Part shown: positions 12,201-23,927 of the stretch, one piece after another | How the letters are laid out: each line of letters starts with the position of its first letter | How positions within the stretch are numbered: the stretch's first letter is position 1 | Source of the DNA: Eledone cirrhosa | Taxonomy: Eukaryota | Assembly (NCBI GenBank): GCA_964016885.1 | Contig: OZ024740.1 | Span: forward strand, 50,282,001 to 50,346,000 | Reading direction: 5' to 3' | Length of the DNA stretch: 64,000 nt | The notes under the pieces: generated by a model | Databases searched by the model: none | What the model saw: the letters and a program-made list of their open reading frames with translations, nothing else | What the model was told of the DNA's origin: nothing | Position numbers and translations under genes: made by a program

Positions 12201-15150
12201 CTGTCTATGTGTTTTCTCGAGATTGACTACGCAGGTCACTAATTTGTGATCTGTATAGCCAACCGTGAGCATTTCTGGACAGCTTAATATGTCCTTATCC
12301 TTACTTCTAACTAAGAATCTATCTAAGTACGATCTAGATTGACCACTGTGGTTCGTCCAAGTCCAGGTTGGCACAGTTGGAAAATCTAGTCGATATCTAT
12401 CGACCAAGTTAAAACGGTCGAGTAACCCCTTGAGGCTGTTACACCCCCCTCTATTAGGACATGCTCCTGCATAGTCCCAACGTGCATCTAGGATGTCATT
12501 CCAATCCCCCGCTAGAAGCAGGGAACGCGACGTTCCCAGAAAAGTCTCCAGACGCTGGAAGAAGTCGGGTCGTTCAGCTCCGAAAGGGGAGTATACGGCG
12601 ACCAGTCTCAAGGCCGCACCTTCACTACTGCCAACGTCTAGCACCAACAAACGACCTTCCGGGTCCGAGTGAACAACCTGTACGGCGAGACCCAGGTGTT
12701 TTTACAGCAGTACGATAACCCCACCCCCACCTCCAGGTTGACAGAGAGATGCATGCACCTCAAAGTCATCGAGGGTAGGGGTCAGCTGCCGCACGACGCT
12801 GATTCGAGTCTCACAGATAACCATTACATTTATACCACGTGACCTGAGGTCATTTAGAAGCTTTGCTTGCTTCCAAGTTGAGCCCAGGCCACGTGCATTC
12901 AAACATCCTACTCTTAACACATCCATGTGGGCGGCAAAGCCAAAGGAGAGTGTAGAGACCTACCTTTCTGCTTCCCGGGGTTCGGGTCGCACGACTTCCA
13001 TGGGGTCGGGGGTGTTGGGTGAAGGGGTGTCTTGTGGTGGTGTGGGGTCGTCAGTGTGTGGTGGGGTTGAGGTGTTTGGAGTTGTGTTGGGGAGGAAGGG
13101 GAGGGGGAAAGCTTTTTAGTAGGACGCGGTTTATGGGTTTGACAGAGGGTGGTCCTACGTCCTCCTTAAAATCCTTTTTTAGTTTTTGGTAGAGGTTCAT
13201 TGGGATCTTTATTAATTTTAAATGTGGGTAGTTTTCTGACGAAACAAAGTTTACCCCTTCGGTTTGTACCGAAGGGTTATTGTTTATGAGTTCATTTAAT
13301 TTATTATTGTTTCTGTTGATGTAAGTATAGTGTAATGTCTTTTTTTCGGATGGTGTGAGTGTTTCGAAGAGGGGAGGGGCAGGTTTGGTTTTGTTTGTTG
13401 CTGGAGGGGTGTTTTGTGTTTTGTTGGATTGTGTTGACATTTGGGTGGGGGTTGTTTGGCCTTGTGTGTTTTGCACATGTTTTCTTTTTTTCCTTTTAAT
13501 CTGTCTGAAGGACTCCGTTTCTTCCTCCGAATTCGTTGGGTTATCTTCAGTGTTGGAGGGAAGAGGTATGTTTGCTGGTAATGTTTCCGTGTTGGTTTTC
13601 TTTGTGGGGGAGATGGATGTCACTATGTTAGACTGTGTTGTGTGTTGTGGCTGCGGTGGTTGTGTTGTTTTATTGAGTGAGGGGTTGGGTGGGACTGTGT
13701 TTTGTTTTTGGGTAATGTGTTGTGTCTGTTTGTGTTGTGGTGGTGGTGTAGTTTTACTGAGGGACGGGTTGGGTGGGACTGAGTTTTGTTGTTTGTTTAT
13801 CTGTTGTGGTGGTGGTGGTGGTGGTGGTGGTGGTGGTGGTGGTGGTGGTGGTGGTGGTGGTGGTGGTGGTGGTGGTGGTGGTGGTGGTGGTGGTGGAGCT
13901 GGTGTTGGTAGCAGGGTTTTCTTCTTGTTGAGTTGGGGACAAGCCGCCTTCAGGTGCCCTCTGCCTGCAAAGATATGACAGGACGGCCTTCTCCCCTCCA
14001 CGTTAATGTTTATATACCCGTGGCCCTCTAATAGGATTCTGTCGGGTATTTGGGCAATGCGTTCAGGCTTCATTTGCACTACCAGCTCTATACCTGTTCC
14101 ACTGAACGCATTGCCTGTGGTTTTCCCAATGGAAATCACGTTGTCATTCACTGGATCGATGAAGCCAGCTATGAGCCAGCAGTAGTCCACATCTGGCATC
14201 ATCGCATCCAGTCATATGCGCTGAGTTCTTTTACCCATATAAGATGGATAAAAGGTAAAATTTGTCGAACGAATCGGCGACAAAGGATTTTTTTTTTTGC
14301 CGCTGATTCGTTCTTCATAATAATCGCTAGGCTTCCATAGTCTGTCTCTTCTTATGAAAGTGGTTTCATTAAGTACTTCTGTAAGTACTGCTTTAATTTC
14401 TGCTTGTGTTGGTTGTTGAGGTTTTTTTGAGATGTTGATGGTGCGGAAAACGACCGTCCGACTTTCAATATCTTAGGTGAGTTCTTGAGGCATTTTTACC
14501 GATAAGGTACCATTTTCCCCTTGAGTTATGTATTGTTTGGCGTTTTTTATTCTTTGTGCCACATCTGAAATATTTTCAGGTATATAGTTAAAGATTTCTT
14601 TGTTGTTTGTGCAAATGATATATTATTGGTGTTGACTTTGTCGTCTGCTTTGCTTTCTGTTATGATGTTGTTTTCAAATGTTATTTTTGTGTTTGTTGTG
14701 TCTTTGTTTGTGGTATTAATATTGTCATGCAATCCTTTCAAATTTTTTTTGTTGTTGGAATCAATCTCCAGATTTATGTTTTCGTCATTTTTCTCCGCAC
14801 ATTCGTCTGTTTTTATTTTATTTTTTCTTTCCTTCTCTATGACGTTAGTTGGGAAGGAAGGGGGGGACTAAAGCGTGCGAGCTTACAACTCTTATCGCTG
14901 CCCCCCCCCCCACTATTTTCGTTAGCTTCGTTTAACATTTCTGTCAGACGATTGAAATTTTATGCAAAACAGGTTTTTCACCCCTGGGAGGGGCGAAGAT
15001 GAGCTGACCCACCGCCTGACAGTTCAGACGGGGGGTCCAGCTACACAATAGTATCAAAATTAAAATTGAACTTACAAAATTTCCGCAATAAATTGGAACA
15101 AAACTTCTGCGCGAAGTGAATTACGTCTACGCTGTAAAACAAACGACAGC
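9274..15150 (-). mobile_element. Full-length (~5.9 kb) Tx1/L1-clade copy C, same subfamily as A, disrupted
   Basis: Broken ORF1 ~14938-12960; ORF2 12926-9489 in three pieces; near-identical to A over EN and the ORF1 C-terminus. Confidence 0.92.
9489..12926 (-). pseudogene. Copy C ORF2 (EN-RT-CCHC) with frameshift/stop
   Basis: ORF-track pieces 12702-12926, 10998-12650 and 9489-10955 with APE motifs, YADD and a degenerate FPRC..H..C. Confidence 0.9.
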
Positions 15151-15167
15151 TACATTATATAGATATA

Positions 15168-15540
15168 TTTCTTTATTAGCCACAGGGGCACAAAAGAAGG
15201 GGACAAATACAAAGGGGGAAGTTTACATACAATAAAAACGTGTAAAATGTTATCACAGATGGAATTTAAAAGTTAGTCGATTTTCCCCAATAGAGGGAGA
15301 CAGTTTATATGGGTAACACATACCCCCGAAAAAAATGTGCAACCCTCATCTCCAGGAGTACGAAGAGCTTGTACTCCTTTCCTCTCCTCCTCCTTTTCCT
15401 CAATCTACAGGCTGATATAGAGAGAAGGCCCATTCACTCGGGCCATTCTCGCCACTTTCACCCACCTTTCATAAAACTTGCTGGGGTACAGCACCTCTCT
15501 CTCCATCCTGATTCTTCTTCCAAAGTGGTATTTGAAAAAA
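15168..15540 (-). mobile_element. 5'-truncated Tx1 copy D (ORF2 tip plus 3'UTR)
   Basis: Encodes FFKYHFGRRIRMERE..GPSLYISL*; same 3' terminus; 5' end abuts (GATA)5. Confidence 0.88.
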
Positions 15541-15562
15541 GATAGATAGATAGATAGATATG

Positions 15563-18018
15563 TTTCTTTTATTTGCCACCAGGGCATCAAAAGTGGGACA
15601 AGTACAATGGGGGGAGTTTACAAAACAAGGCGTCCTCAATAAGGAAGAGGCAATAACAAAATATAAAAATAAAATAAAATATAACAGAATAAAATTTATA
15701 ACAAGATCCTCAATAGAGAGGAGGCGCCTTGGGGGGTCGCACACACCCCCGAAAAAAAGTGTGCAACCCTTTTCCTCAGGAGCACAGAGAAGGGGTGCTC
15801 CCTTAGTCTTTCATCTTCCTCACCTATAGTCTGATGTAGAGTGAAGGCCCATTCACACGGGCCATTCTCGCCACTTTCACCCATCTTTCATAAAAACGGC
15901 TGGGGTGCAGCACCTCTCTCTCCATCCTGATCCTTCTTCCGAAATGATATCGGAAGAAACGGACCAGTTGTTGGCCAGAGAGAAAGGTGTCTGACCTCAG
16001 TCCTTTCAGACGCGTCCACCATACAACCTCTTTCGCCATGGCTATTACGCACAGAAACACCGCCTCTCCTTCATTTTTGAAGAGGGGAGGCGGCTTGATC
16101 GTTACAATAGACTCGGTGGTCAACCGGATCGGTCCCACCCTTGACAGCAGTTGTTCGACATAGCCCCACAGATCGGCAATGCCCGAGCAGTGTACCAATG
16201 CGTGTGCAACGGTTTCCTCGTCGCACACGCATCTGGGACAGATTTTTTTCGAGGGGTCCCTACCCGGGCGCCCGTGTCTGTAGAGCCTTTCTCGAACGGG
16301 CAGAGCCCTTCTGTAGCATTGCCAGGCCAGGGACCTCTGGAAGTTATCCATGGGTCCCGGGCTGAATGTCCTACCGAACAGGTTTGCCAGTTCGTCTTCC
16401 TCCATGCCTAGGGCATCTCCGAGGGCGTCGTCGCACCTGCTAACCACCAGCCCTCTATAGAATGACGAGGTGGATTCTCCACTGACAGCCGGGTCCGCCT
16501 GCCAGAGAGCCGTGAGAGCCTGGGCACACTCTGTGTGCCAGGCGCCCAGTTTTCTCGGCCTTTGCTTGACCCAGGATTGCAGCTCGGTGAGTGAGACGAG
16601 TCTGGGAAAGGGTCGCCTCACAAACGGGGCCCACACCGGTTGACCGGAGAGGAATACCTGAAGATGCCGTAACCTTAATGCGTGTTTACGTATCATTAGC
16701 CACGGCATCCCCAGCCCTCCTTTCGAAGGGTGTTGACAGCAGATGGATATCCTCACCATAGGAGCCCGCTTCTTCCAAAGGAATTGGAAGAGTGCGCGCT
16801 CCATTTTGGCGAGCGTTTCCCTTGGGCAAGGCACAACGGTCAGGCGGTAGTAGATGACGGACGCTATATAAGTGTTCGCCACCTCCGCCCGACCTTTCAG
16901 GGACAGTTTGCACTCGGCCCACTTCTGGGTGAGTGCAAACACCCTGTTCGTTACCTCACCCCAGTTCTTCTCCACGTGGAGGTCTGGTCCGAACCAGACC
17001 CCGAGCAACTTCACCGGGCCCTCCGTCCAGCGCCCGACGACGCTATCGGAGGGCATCGATCTGCCCCTCCACGTGCCGAGTTGCAGACCAATCGACTTGT
17101 CCCGGTTCAGCTTAGCCCCTGTAAACCTTTCGTACTCCTCCAGTAAGGTGCCGATCGCCCCGATTTCCGAGGCCGTCGACACCATTACTGTTACGTCATC
17201 GGCGTAGGCCGACACCGCTTTCCGCAATCCCGGTTCCAACGGGATGCCCTGCAACAACTCCAACTTCCGCTGCAGTGGCTCTAGAGTCATTACATACAGA
17301 AGGGAGGAGAGAGGGCACCCCTGTCGGATGGACCGCGCGATTTCGAACGGCTCCGAGAGGTAGCCGTTCACTTTGACCCTAGAGCAGATGCGGCTGCTGT
17401 GCATGGCATTGATCCAGCCCCTGGAAACGAGTACGAAGCCTGCCGCCGCTAGCACCGCATCCAGGTAACCATGGTCGACCCTATCGAATGCCTTAGATTG
17501 ATCCAAGTTGATCAGGGCCCCACCAAAGCCGGGTTCGTTCCCAACCCTCTCTATGATGTATCGCATGAGGTGGAGGTTGTCGTGGATGGACCTGGACGGG
17601 ATAGCACATGTCTGCGCATCTCCCACCAGGTTGCCCACGACAAGCGCCAACCTCTTTGCTAGCACCTTGGCCAAAATCTGTAACTCTGTATTTAGCAGAG
17701 TTATGGGCCTGAAATTATTTATATCGTCCCCCTTGTTCTCGTCCTTCCTCACTAGCGTGACTACGCCCTTGGTCACAGCACAGGTAATTCTCCCGTTCTG
17801 TTGCCAGTTGCAGTAGACCGCCTCGAAGAGATCGGGGAACAAGTCCGGCATAGCTAGATATAGTTCGTATGGAAGACCATCGAGACCCGGGGATTTGCGT
17901 TTGCCGCATTGGCTCAGCACGTCCTCTATCTCAGCGGCTGAAATCGGCTCCTCGCAGGACTTCGCCTCCCTGTCCGAGAGACGCGGCAGGCCGTCGAGGT
18001 ATGGACCGAAGTCCACAT
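15563..18018 (-). mobile_element. 5'-truncated Tx1 copy E with uninterrupted RT-CCHC frame (15824-~18018)
   Basis: 733-aa open frame, YADD, CPRCVCDEETVAHALVHC. Confidence 0.9.
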
Positions 18019-19220
18019 TTGCCAAGTTATGCCGAGGATCCGACGTAAGCAGTACTGGTGGAACCTCTCAAGTCGCTTCATCTGTCTACGGTAGACCACC
18101 CACGTCTCACAAGCATAAAGTGCCGCGAGCACACACGCATGATACACTTTGAGCTTTGTCTTTACCGAAATTCCGTATTGAGACCAGAGACACTTGTTCA
18201 GTTTTCCAAAAGCATCACTGGATTTCTGTATCCTTTTTGATATTTCCTCATCAAGATCGCAGGACACACTCAGAGTGCCTCCAAGATATATAAAACTGCC
18301 AATGACCCTTAGCCGTTCACCATAAACCAAGATGTTGGGCTCACAAAATAGCTTCCCAGGGACTGGTTGGTACATGGCTACTGTCTTTTTCAGGCTTATG
18401 GTAAGTCCCAATGCAGTACACGCATTAGAAAATGCATCCATCAGATGTTGCATATCAATCTCAGTGTGCGCTACCAGGTCACAGTCATCTGCATAAAGCA
18501 AATCCCTGATTAGTGACAAGTGAACCTTTGACTTAGCATTGAACCTCCTGATATTAAACAGCTTTCCAGGTGATCGATAGCGAACATACATACCATGATT
18601 GCAGTTCCCGAAGCCCTGTTCGAAGACAATGGAGAAGTACAAAGCAAAGAGCGTTGGAGCTGGAATGTCACCCTGTTTGACTCCATTCTCGACCGTCACC
18701 GGCTCACAGAGCTTTCCACCTACATTTACCCATGCCTTTATGTCATCATGGAACAAACCTGTCTCCCTTCCCCTTGTACAAAACAACCATCACAGCATCC
18801 TTCCAGTCATCGGGAACATGATTGTTGTTCCAGGCATCCAGAGCCAAAGGATGAAGTCGGTGCAAGAGATTCTCTCCACCGTGCTTCAAGATCTCAGCAT
18901 ACAGCCCATCCAATCCAGGCGACTTCCCACCATTGAGTTTCCAGACACCACTTTTAACCACCTCGATCGTTGGAGGCTCAGCAAGGATTTCCTTTACTGG
19001 CTTATCAGATATAGACCCGATAAACTCTTCGTCAACCTCTGAATCCCTATTGAGAAGCCCGTCAAAGTGTTCCCGCCACCCCAACAGGATATCATTGGGA
19101 TCTCTAAGGAACTGATTGCCATCCTTTGTCCTAAGAGGCGCAACTGGTGATATAGGTGGTCCATACACTTCACGAAGAAGATTATACATTGCCTTAACCT
19201 CCTTCACATCCGACGCAAGT
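18019..19220 (-). mobile_element. RTE-clade LINE RT fragment, internally deleted, cut off at the copy E junction
   Basis: KSPGLDG, LYKGKGDR, GVKQGD, LLYADD, LYACETW, LERFHQYCLRRIL. Confidence 0.85.
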
Positions 19221-19553
19221 TCTTGAACTATATATACATGGAACTATTGTCATCTTGCCTGACGATTTGAACTTTACAACACCACCTGCCTCTTTGAGGT
19301 CAAATACCAACCCTACTACCATCTACAAACTGACCAATGAGAATCAAGACTATTCCTGCTGGCAACATTAAATTATTCCTAATAAGCTCATATGTCCCAA
19401 GGCTCTGATACCATCAACACTATAAACACAGAGCTGGCATATCTAAGAACTGACTAACTGCCTGATGCGGTCATAGCCATTCAATGGCTATCATCGAAAT
19501 ATATATAGCAGTAAATAAAGGACTATGAGTTCATGCAATTGACTTATGTTTCG

Positions 19554-19585
<32 letters not shown>

Positions 19586-19588
<3 letters not shown>

Positions 19589-19885
19589 TATATCCCCGGC
19601 ACTCGCGGTCCCGATTATTCGCGGAATTTTCCTCAGAACCTAACTAATAGTTGTTCATGGAAACCACCGCAATTTTTTAATGCATTTTTTCATGACAATA
19701 TATTTTTTCACGCTTTTTAACGCTAAATTATTAATAACAATATACCGTATTTGCCGGCCTATATTTTACGTTATGTTTTGACGTTTATATGCATTTTTAT
19801 GGACCACGTCCAATATTTGCGGCTTTTTTTACTATTCGCGGGTGCTCTAGGAACGTAAACCCCACGAATACCGAGGGACAACTGT
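19586..19885. mobile_element. Tigger/pogo-like MITE in a (TA)n tract
   Basis: TA-CAGT...ACTG-TA ends with imperfect ~23-bp terminal inverted repeats (TIRs). Confidence 0.6.
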
Positions 19886-20352
19886 ATATATATATATATG
19901 TATAGTGAGAGAGAGAGCGAGAGAGAGCGAGTTCCACAACAAATTAGCAAAACATACACGAGGACGCGCGTTTCACCTAGCGGATGTTCAACCCGAGTGA
20001 GATTGGGCTGAGAATATTATATACATATATATATATATATATATACATGCGGGCGTGTGTCTGTGTACATTTGTATGCACACATGCGTATGCGTGCGCCT
20101 AGACACGTGTCAAACTTCATCTCTTTCTTAAACGCCAAAAATACTGCACACACTTCAAATCTACTTCACTGATATATTTAACACATGTTCTACTATATGG
20201 CACCATCAAGAAAACAACACCCATTAACAGTAAAGCACTCATTGTTTGCCACGCTTAATGTAATATCTTTAACACATGTCCCATCTATGAAACCATCAAG
20301 AGTACGACAGATACCAGTAGTCATACACTGCGCTTAATAAACATTATATTGT

Positions 20353-20733
20353 GGATTGGCAGTATCGGTAGAGGGTCGGACGCCATGCTTTGCAGCAAAG
20401 AGTTACGGCCCTTTCCGTTCTGAGTTCAAATCCCGCCGAGGTTAACTTTGCCTTTCATCTTTACGGGATTGATAAAATAAAGTACCAGTAATGCACTGGG
20501 TAATTGCTGTCCTTGTGCCAAAAGTAGAAACAATTATATTGTGGATTGGTAGTATTGGTAGAGGGTCGGACGCCATGCTTTGCAGCAAAAAGTTACGGCC
20601 CTTTATTATCTGAGTTCAAATCCCACCGAGGTTAATTCGCCTTTCATCCTTATGGGGTCGATAAAATAAAGTACCAATAATACACTGGGATAATTGCTGG
20701 CCTTGTGCCAAAAGTAGTAGAAACAATTATATT
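20353..20733 (+). mobile_element. Two head-to-tail copies of a ~190-bp tRNA-derived SINE
   Basis: A box TGGCAGTATCGG, B box GTTCAAATCC, core GCCTTTCATCCTT..GGGGTCGATAAAATAAAGTACCAG. Confidence 0.85.
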
Positions 20734-21005
20734 CAATGACATGTTCATTTGATTATTTACTAGATTGACCGTCCTTGATTTAATTTACACACAAACATTT
20801 TTGTTTAGTATTATCATTCATGTTTTATTTATTTATTTATTCTTTCATTTATTTTTTGCTTCTTGATGTCATATTACAACTAATTTCACTACATCGCCTG
20901 ATGAAAGCCATGAAAGTGAAACATGATGTAGTTATCTGTAAAGATATAAACTGTACCTAACCATACTGAGTACTATATCGCTTAATTGTTTAAGCTAACG
21001 TATCA

Positions 21006-21053
<48 letters not shown>

Positions 21054-21569
21054 GCATACACACACACACCCCACTCTCAAGCGTGAAACTAATATTAACA
21101 TTTTGTACTGCCTCTTTGCTTCCTCGTTGTTGTTTTTTTGTTTATTGTCTCAACTATTATATATATATATATATTATTTTACCCACCGGAAGTCGTCTTC
21201 CTCACTGATTAACGTATGTGTGCACTCTAACCAGTTGGATTTCAATTTTAATAATACGAACTTAATGGGTTGTTGAGGAATGAGGAAACGACCGAAGCTA
21301 TGCCCATTCTATTCGACAAGATTCGTTTCATAATTATATACATATATTACACACACACACACACACACATACACACACACATACATAAACACAAACACAT
21401 ACAAACATATATATATATGGAGAATAGGATTGGCTGTGTAGTTGCTAGTTAAGGTAGGCTTAAAAATGGAATGAGAATAAGAAGAAAGCAAGAACGGGGG
21501 GGGGGTCCTCATCAGTTGTTTACCGGGGGTCTCGAATATTTCAACGCTTTAAAGACAATATATCTAACC

Positions 21570-21600
<31 letters not shown>

Positions 21601-21603
21601 ATT

Positions 21604-21661
<58 letters not shown>

Positions 21662-21672
21662 AATATATATAA

Positions 21673-21706
<34 letters not shown>

Positions 21707-21715
21707 AGTGATAGA

Positions 21716-22917
21716 TCGTCATCTTCGAGACGAACAGGCTGGCTTCCGCAGTGGAAGGTCTTGTTCAGAGCAGATCTTCACTCTCCGAAATATCATTGAA
21801 CAATGTCGGGAGTTCCACAAGTCCCTTGTTGTCAACTACATTGACTTCAGGAAAGCTTTCGACAGTGTTCATCGGGAGTCATTGTGGAAGATTGTAAGAC
21901 TCTACGGTGTCCCAGAGAAATATATTAACATCTTCAGGTCGCTGTACCGACATTCCAGGTGCTGCGTTAGGACAAAGGACGGAAACACGGAAATGTTTGA
22001 CATCTTGACAAGGCTGCATCCTTTCGCCTTTCCTTTTCCTCATTGTCATCGATTTCATCATGAAGAAGACAATGAGTAACCCTCGTTTTGGCATCAGTTG
22101 TGATGGAAGGAGATTAAGCGACCTGGACTTTGCCGATGACATCGCAGTGATAGGCCATTCCCGAGAAGACCTGCAAGAGATGACGAACGTTCTAAATGAC
22201 AACGCAGAGAAAGTTGGCCTGCGCATCAGTTGTGAAAAAACCAAGACCATGTCGACAGGTGACCCTCCAAATCCTCCCATCATGGTTGGTCAGCGTAACA
22301 TTGAACGTGTAAACCACTTCCAATACCTTGGCAGCAACATCTCTGACGATGGGGGTGCTGAGGTGGATGTGCGCACAAGGCTGGGAAAAGCAGCGGCGGT
22401 CTTCTAGCGTCTCCATCCGGTATAGTCCAGGTGTTCCGTCGGCAACGCCGTCAAATTCCGTGTTTACATGTTCATTGTAGTACCAACAACAATATATGCC
22501 TGTGAGACATGGAAGAGTACGGAAAGTGTATGTAACAAGCTTGATGTATTCCACCGTCGTTGCATTCGGACCATATTGAAAATTTCATGGAGAGACCAAG
22601 TTAGCAACGAGGAAGTGATGAGGAGGTCAGGATTGGAGAGGTTAAGGGACATTGTCCGGAAAATGAGACGGCGGTTCGCGGGCCACATCCTTCGTTTGCC
22701 GGCAGATCGACCTGCTCATATTGCCATGGATTGGGTACCAGAAGGTGGCAGGAGAGAACGGGGAAGACCACGAAAAACATGGCGGAGCACATTCAGGGAG
22801 GACCTGCAGGAGATGGGAATTACCTGGAGAGGTGCTAAAAGGGCCGCCAGTGACAGGATCAAGTGGAGGAAGCTCGTCGCCCAATGTTCCACAAGGGACT
22901 GTAGGAACTAAGACTAA
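21716..22917 (+). mobile_element. 5'-truncated RTE-clade LINE with 11-bp target-site duplication (TSD)
   Basis: QAGFR, DFRKAFDSV, FADD, YACETW; GTAGTGATAGA at 21705-21715 and 22918-22928; tail ACTAAG-ACTAAG. Confidence 0.9.
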
Positions 22918-22979
22918 GTAGTGATAGACAACATTGTAGTGACCTACGTTCCGCGGGCTCACATGCATTCTCTGTGCGT

Positions 22980-23128
22980 GATTTGGCTCAGCTCAGCCAA
23001 TCAGCGCCAGCAGAAGAGAATGTATCCCTACGCGCCCTGAGGGAGAAATTCCCCGCGAGGATTTGAAGAATCCCTCTCTCGCATCCTGAACTTCGAAGGA
23101 ACAACACGTACAACATGTAACGGTGAGA
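22980..23128 (+). promoter_or_regulatory. Possible Pol II promoter/first exon
   Basis: NF-Y box AGCCAATCAG at ~22996, local CpG enrichment, donor-like CG|GTGAGA at 23123. Confidence 0.3.
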
Positions 23129-23810
23129 TTTTCACTTTGGCCTGCCTCGGGCCTGGCACAATGGCACATTCCTTTTGTAACCTTTTTTATGTTTAACTAC
23201 AATCATACAATTTAACAAACATTACTTTCCCACTACATCTAAATAACTCTGCTAAACGGTGATTAATAAAACTGCTACAATCCAACATGTTTGTCACACA
23301 CCACATCAATTCTTGTTATATATGTATATATTAGAAAATGAGGGGGGGGGGGGGGGGTCAAAATGAAAAAAAAAACGAGATGTCCTACACAAGTGAAAGT
23401 ATAAGGAAAAAAGATGAAATCGAAAATGCAACTGGGGCCTTTTTAAGAATATTTATTTGGTTCCTTTACCGCAGTTCTTATGCTTTTCAAAAGTAGAATT
23501 GAGATGGAGGGTTTGTGGGGTTTTTTCGCATCTGGTTGGTGTTCGAATGTTACTTCTGTTTTATGTGGGAAAAAGTGGCTCGAAATGCTAGGTATTTTTA
23601 GAAAAGTAATTTGGTTATATATATATATCAATGAGATTATTGGAAGTAAAAGAGAAAATCCGTACGCCCGTCAAAATTAGTAAACTTAGGAAGATTAACA
23701 GAGAAAACAAGACAACGAACGAAAACAAGGCAAAACAAAATACAATTTTTTTGAGAGGAAATCTTTAAAAAATATTTTTTGAAAATAAAAATACAAACGA
23801 AAAACACAGA

Positions 23811-23927
23811 ACTCCAGGGTAAATGGCTGTGGAGATGGGCTTTGGCAGTTTTTACCCCTACCAACAGTACTGCTCATCCAACTTGTGTCACAGCGTCTGA
23901 CACAAGGCAAAACGCTGTCCGTGGAGT
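23811..23927 (+). ncRNA. Candidate structured RNA element (closing stem plus two pseudoknot-like modules) of unknown class
   Basis: Five complementary pairings in 117 nt; G-U pairs favour the plus strand. Confidence 0.4.

Noticed and set aside
961-17816. Many plus-strand ORFs (Val/Cys/Gly-rich) over the Tx1 array
   Set aside because: Antisense shadows of the biased ORF1/ORF2 codons
20353-20440. tRNA gene
   Set aside because: A/B boxes are present but there is no cloverleaf; it is a multi-copy SINE head
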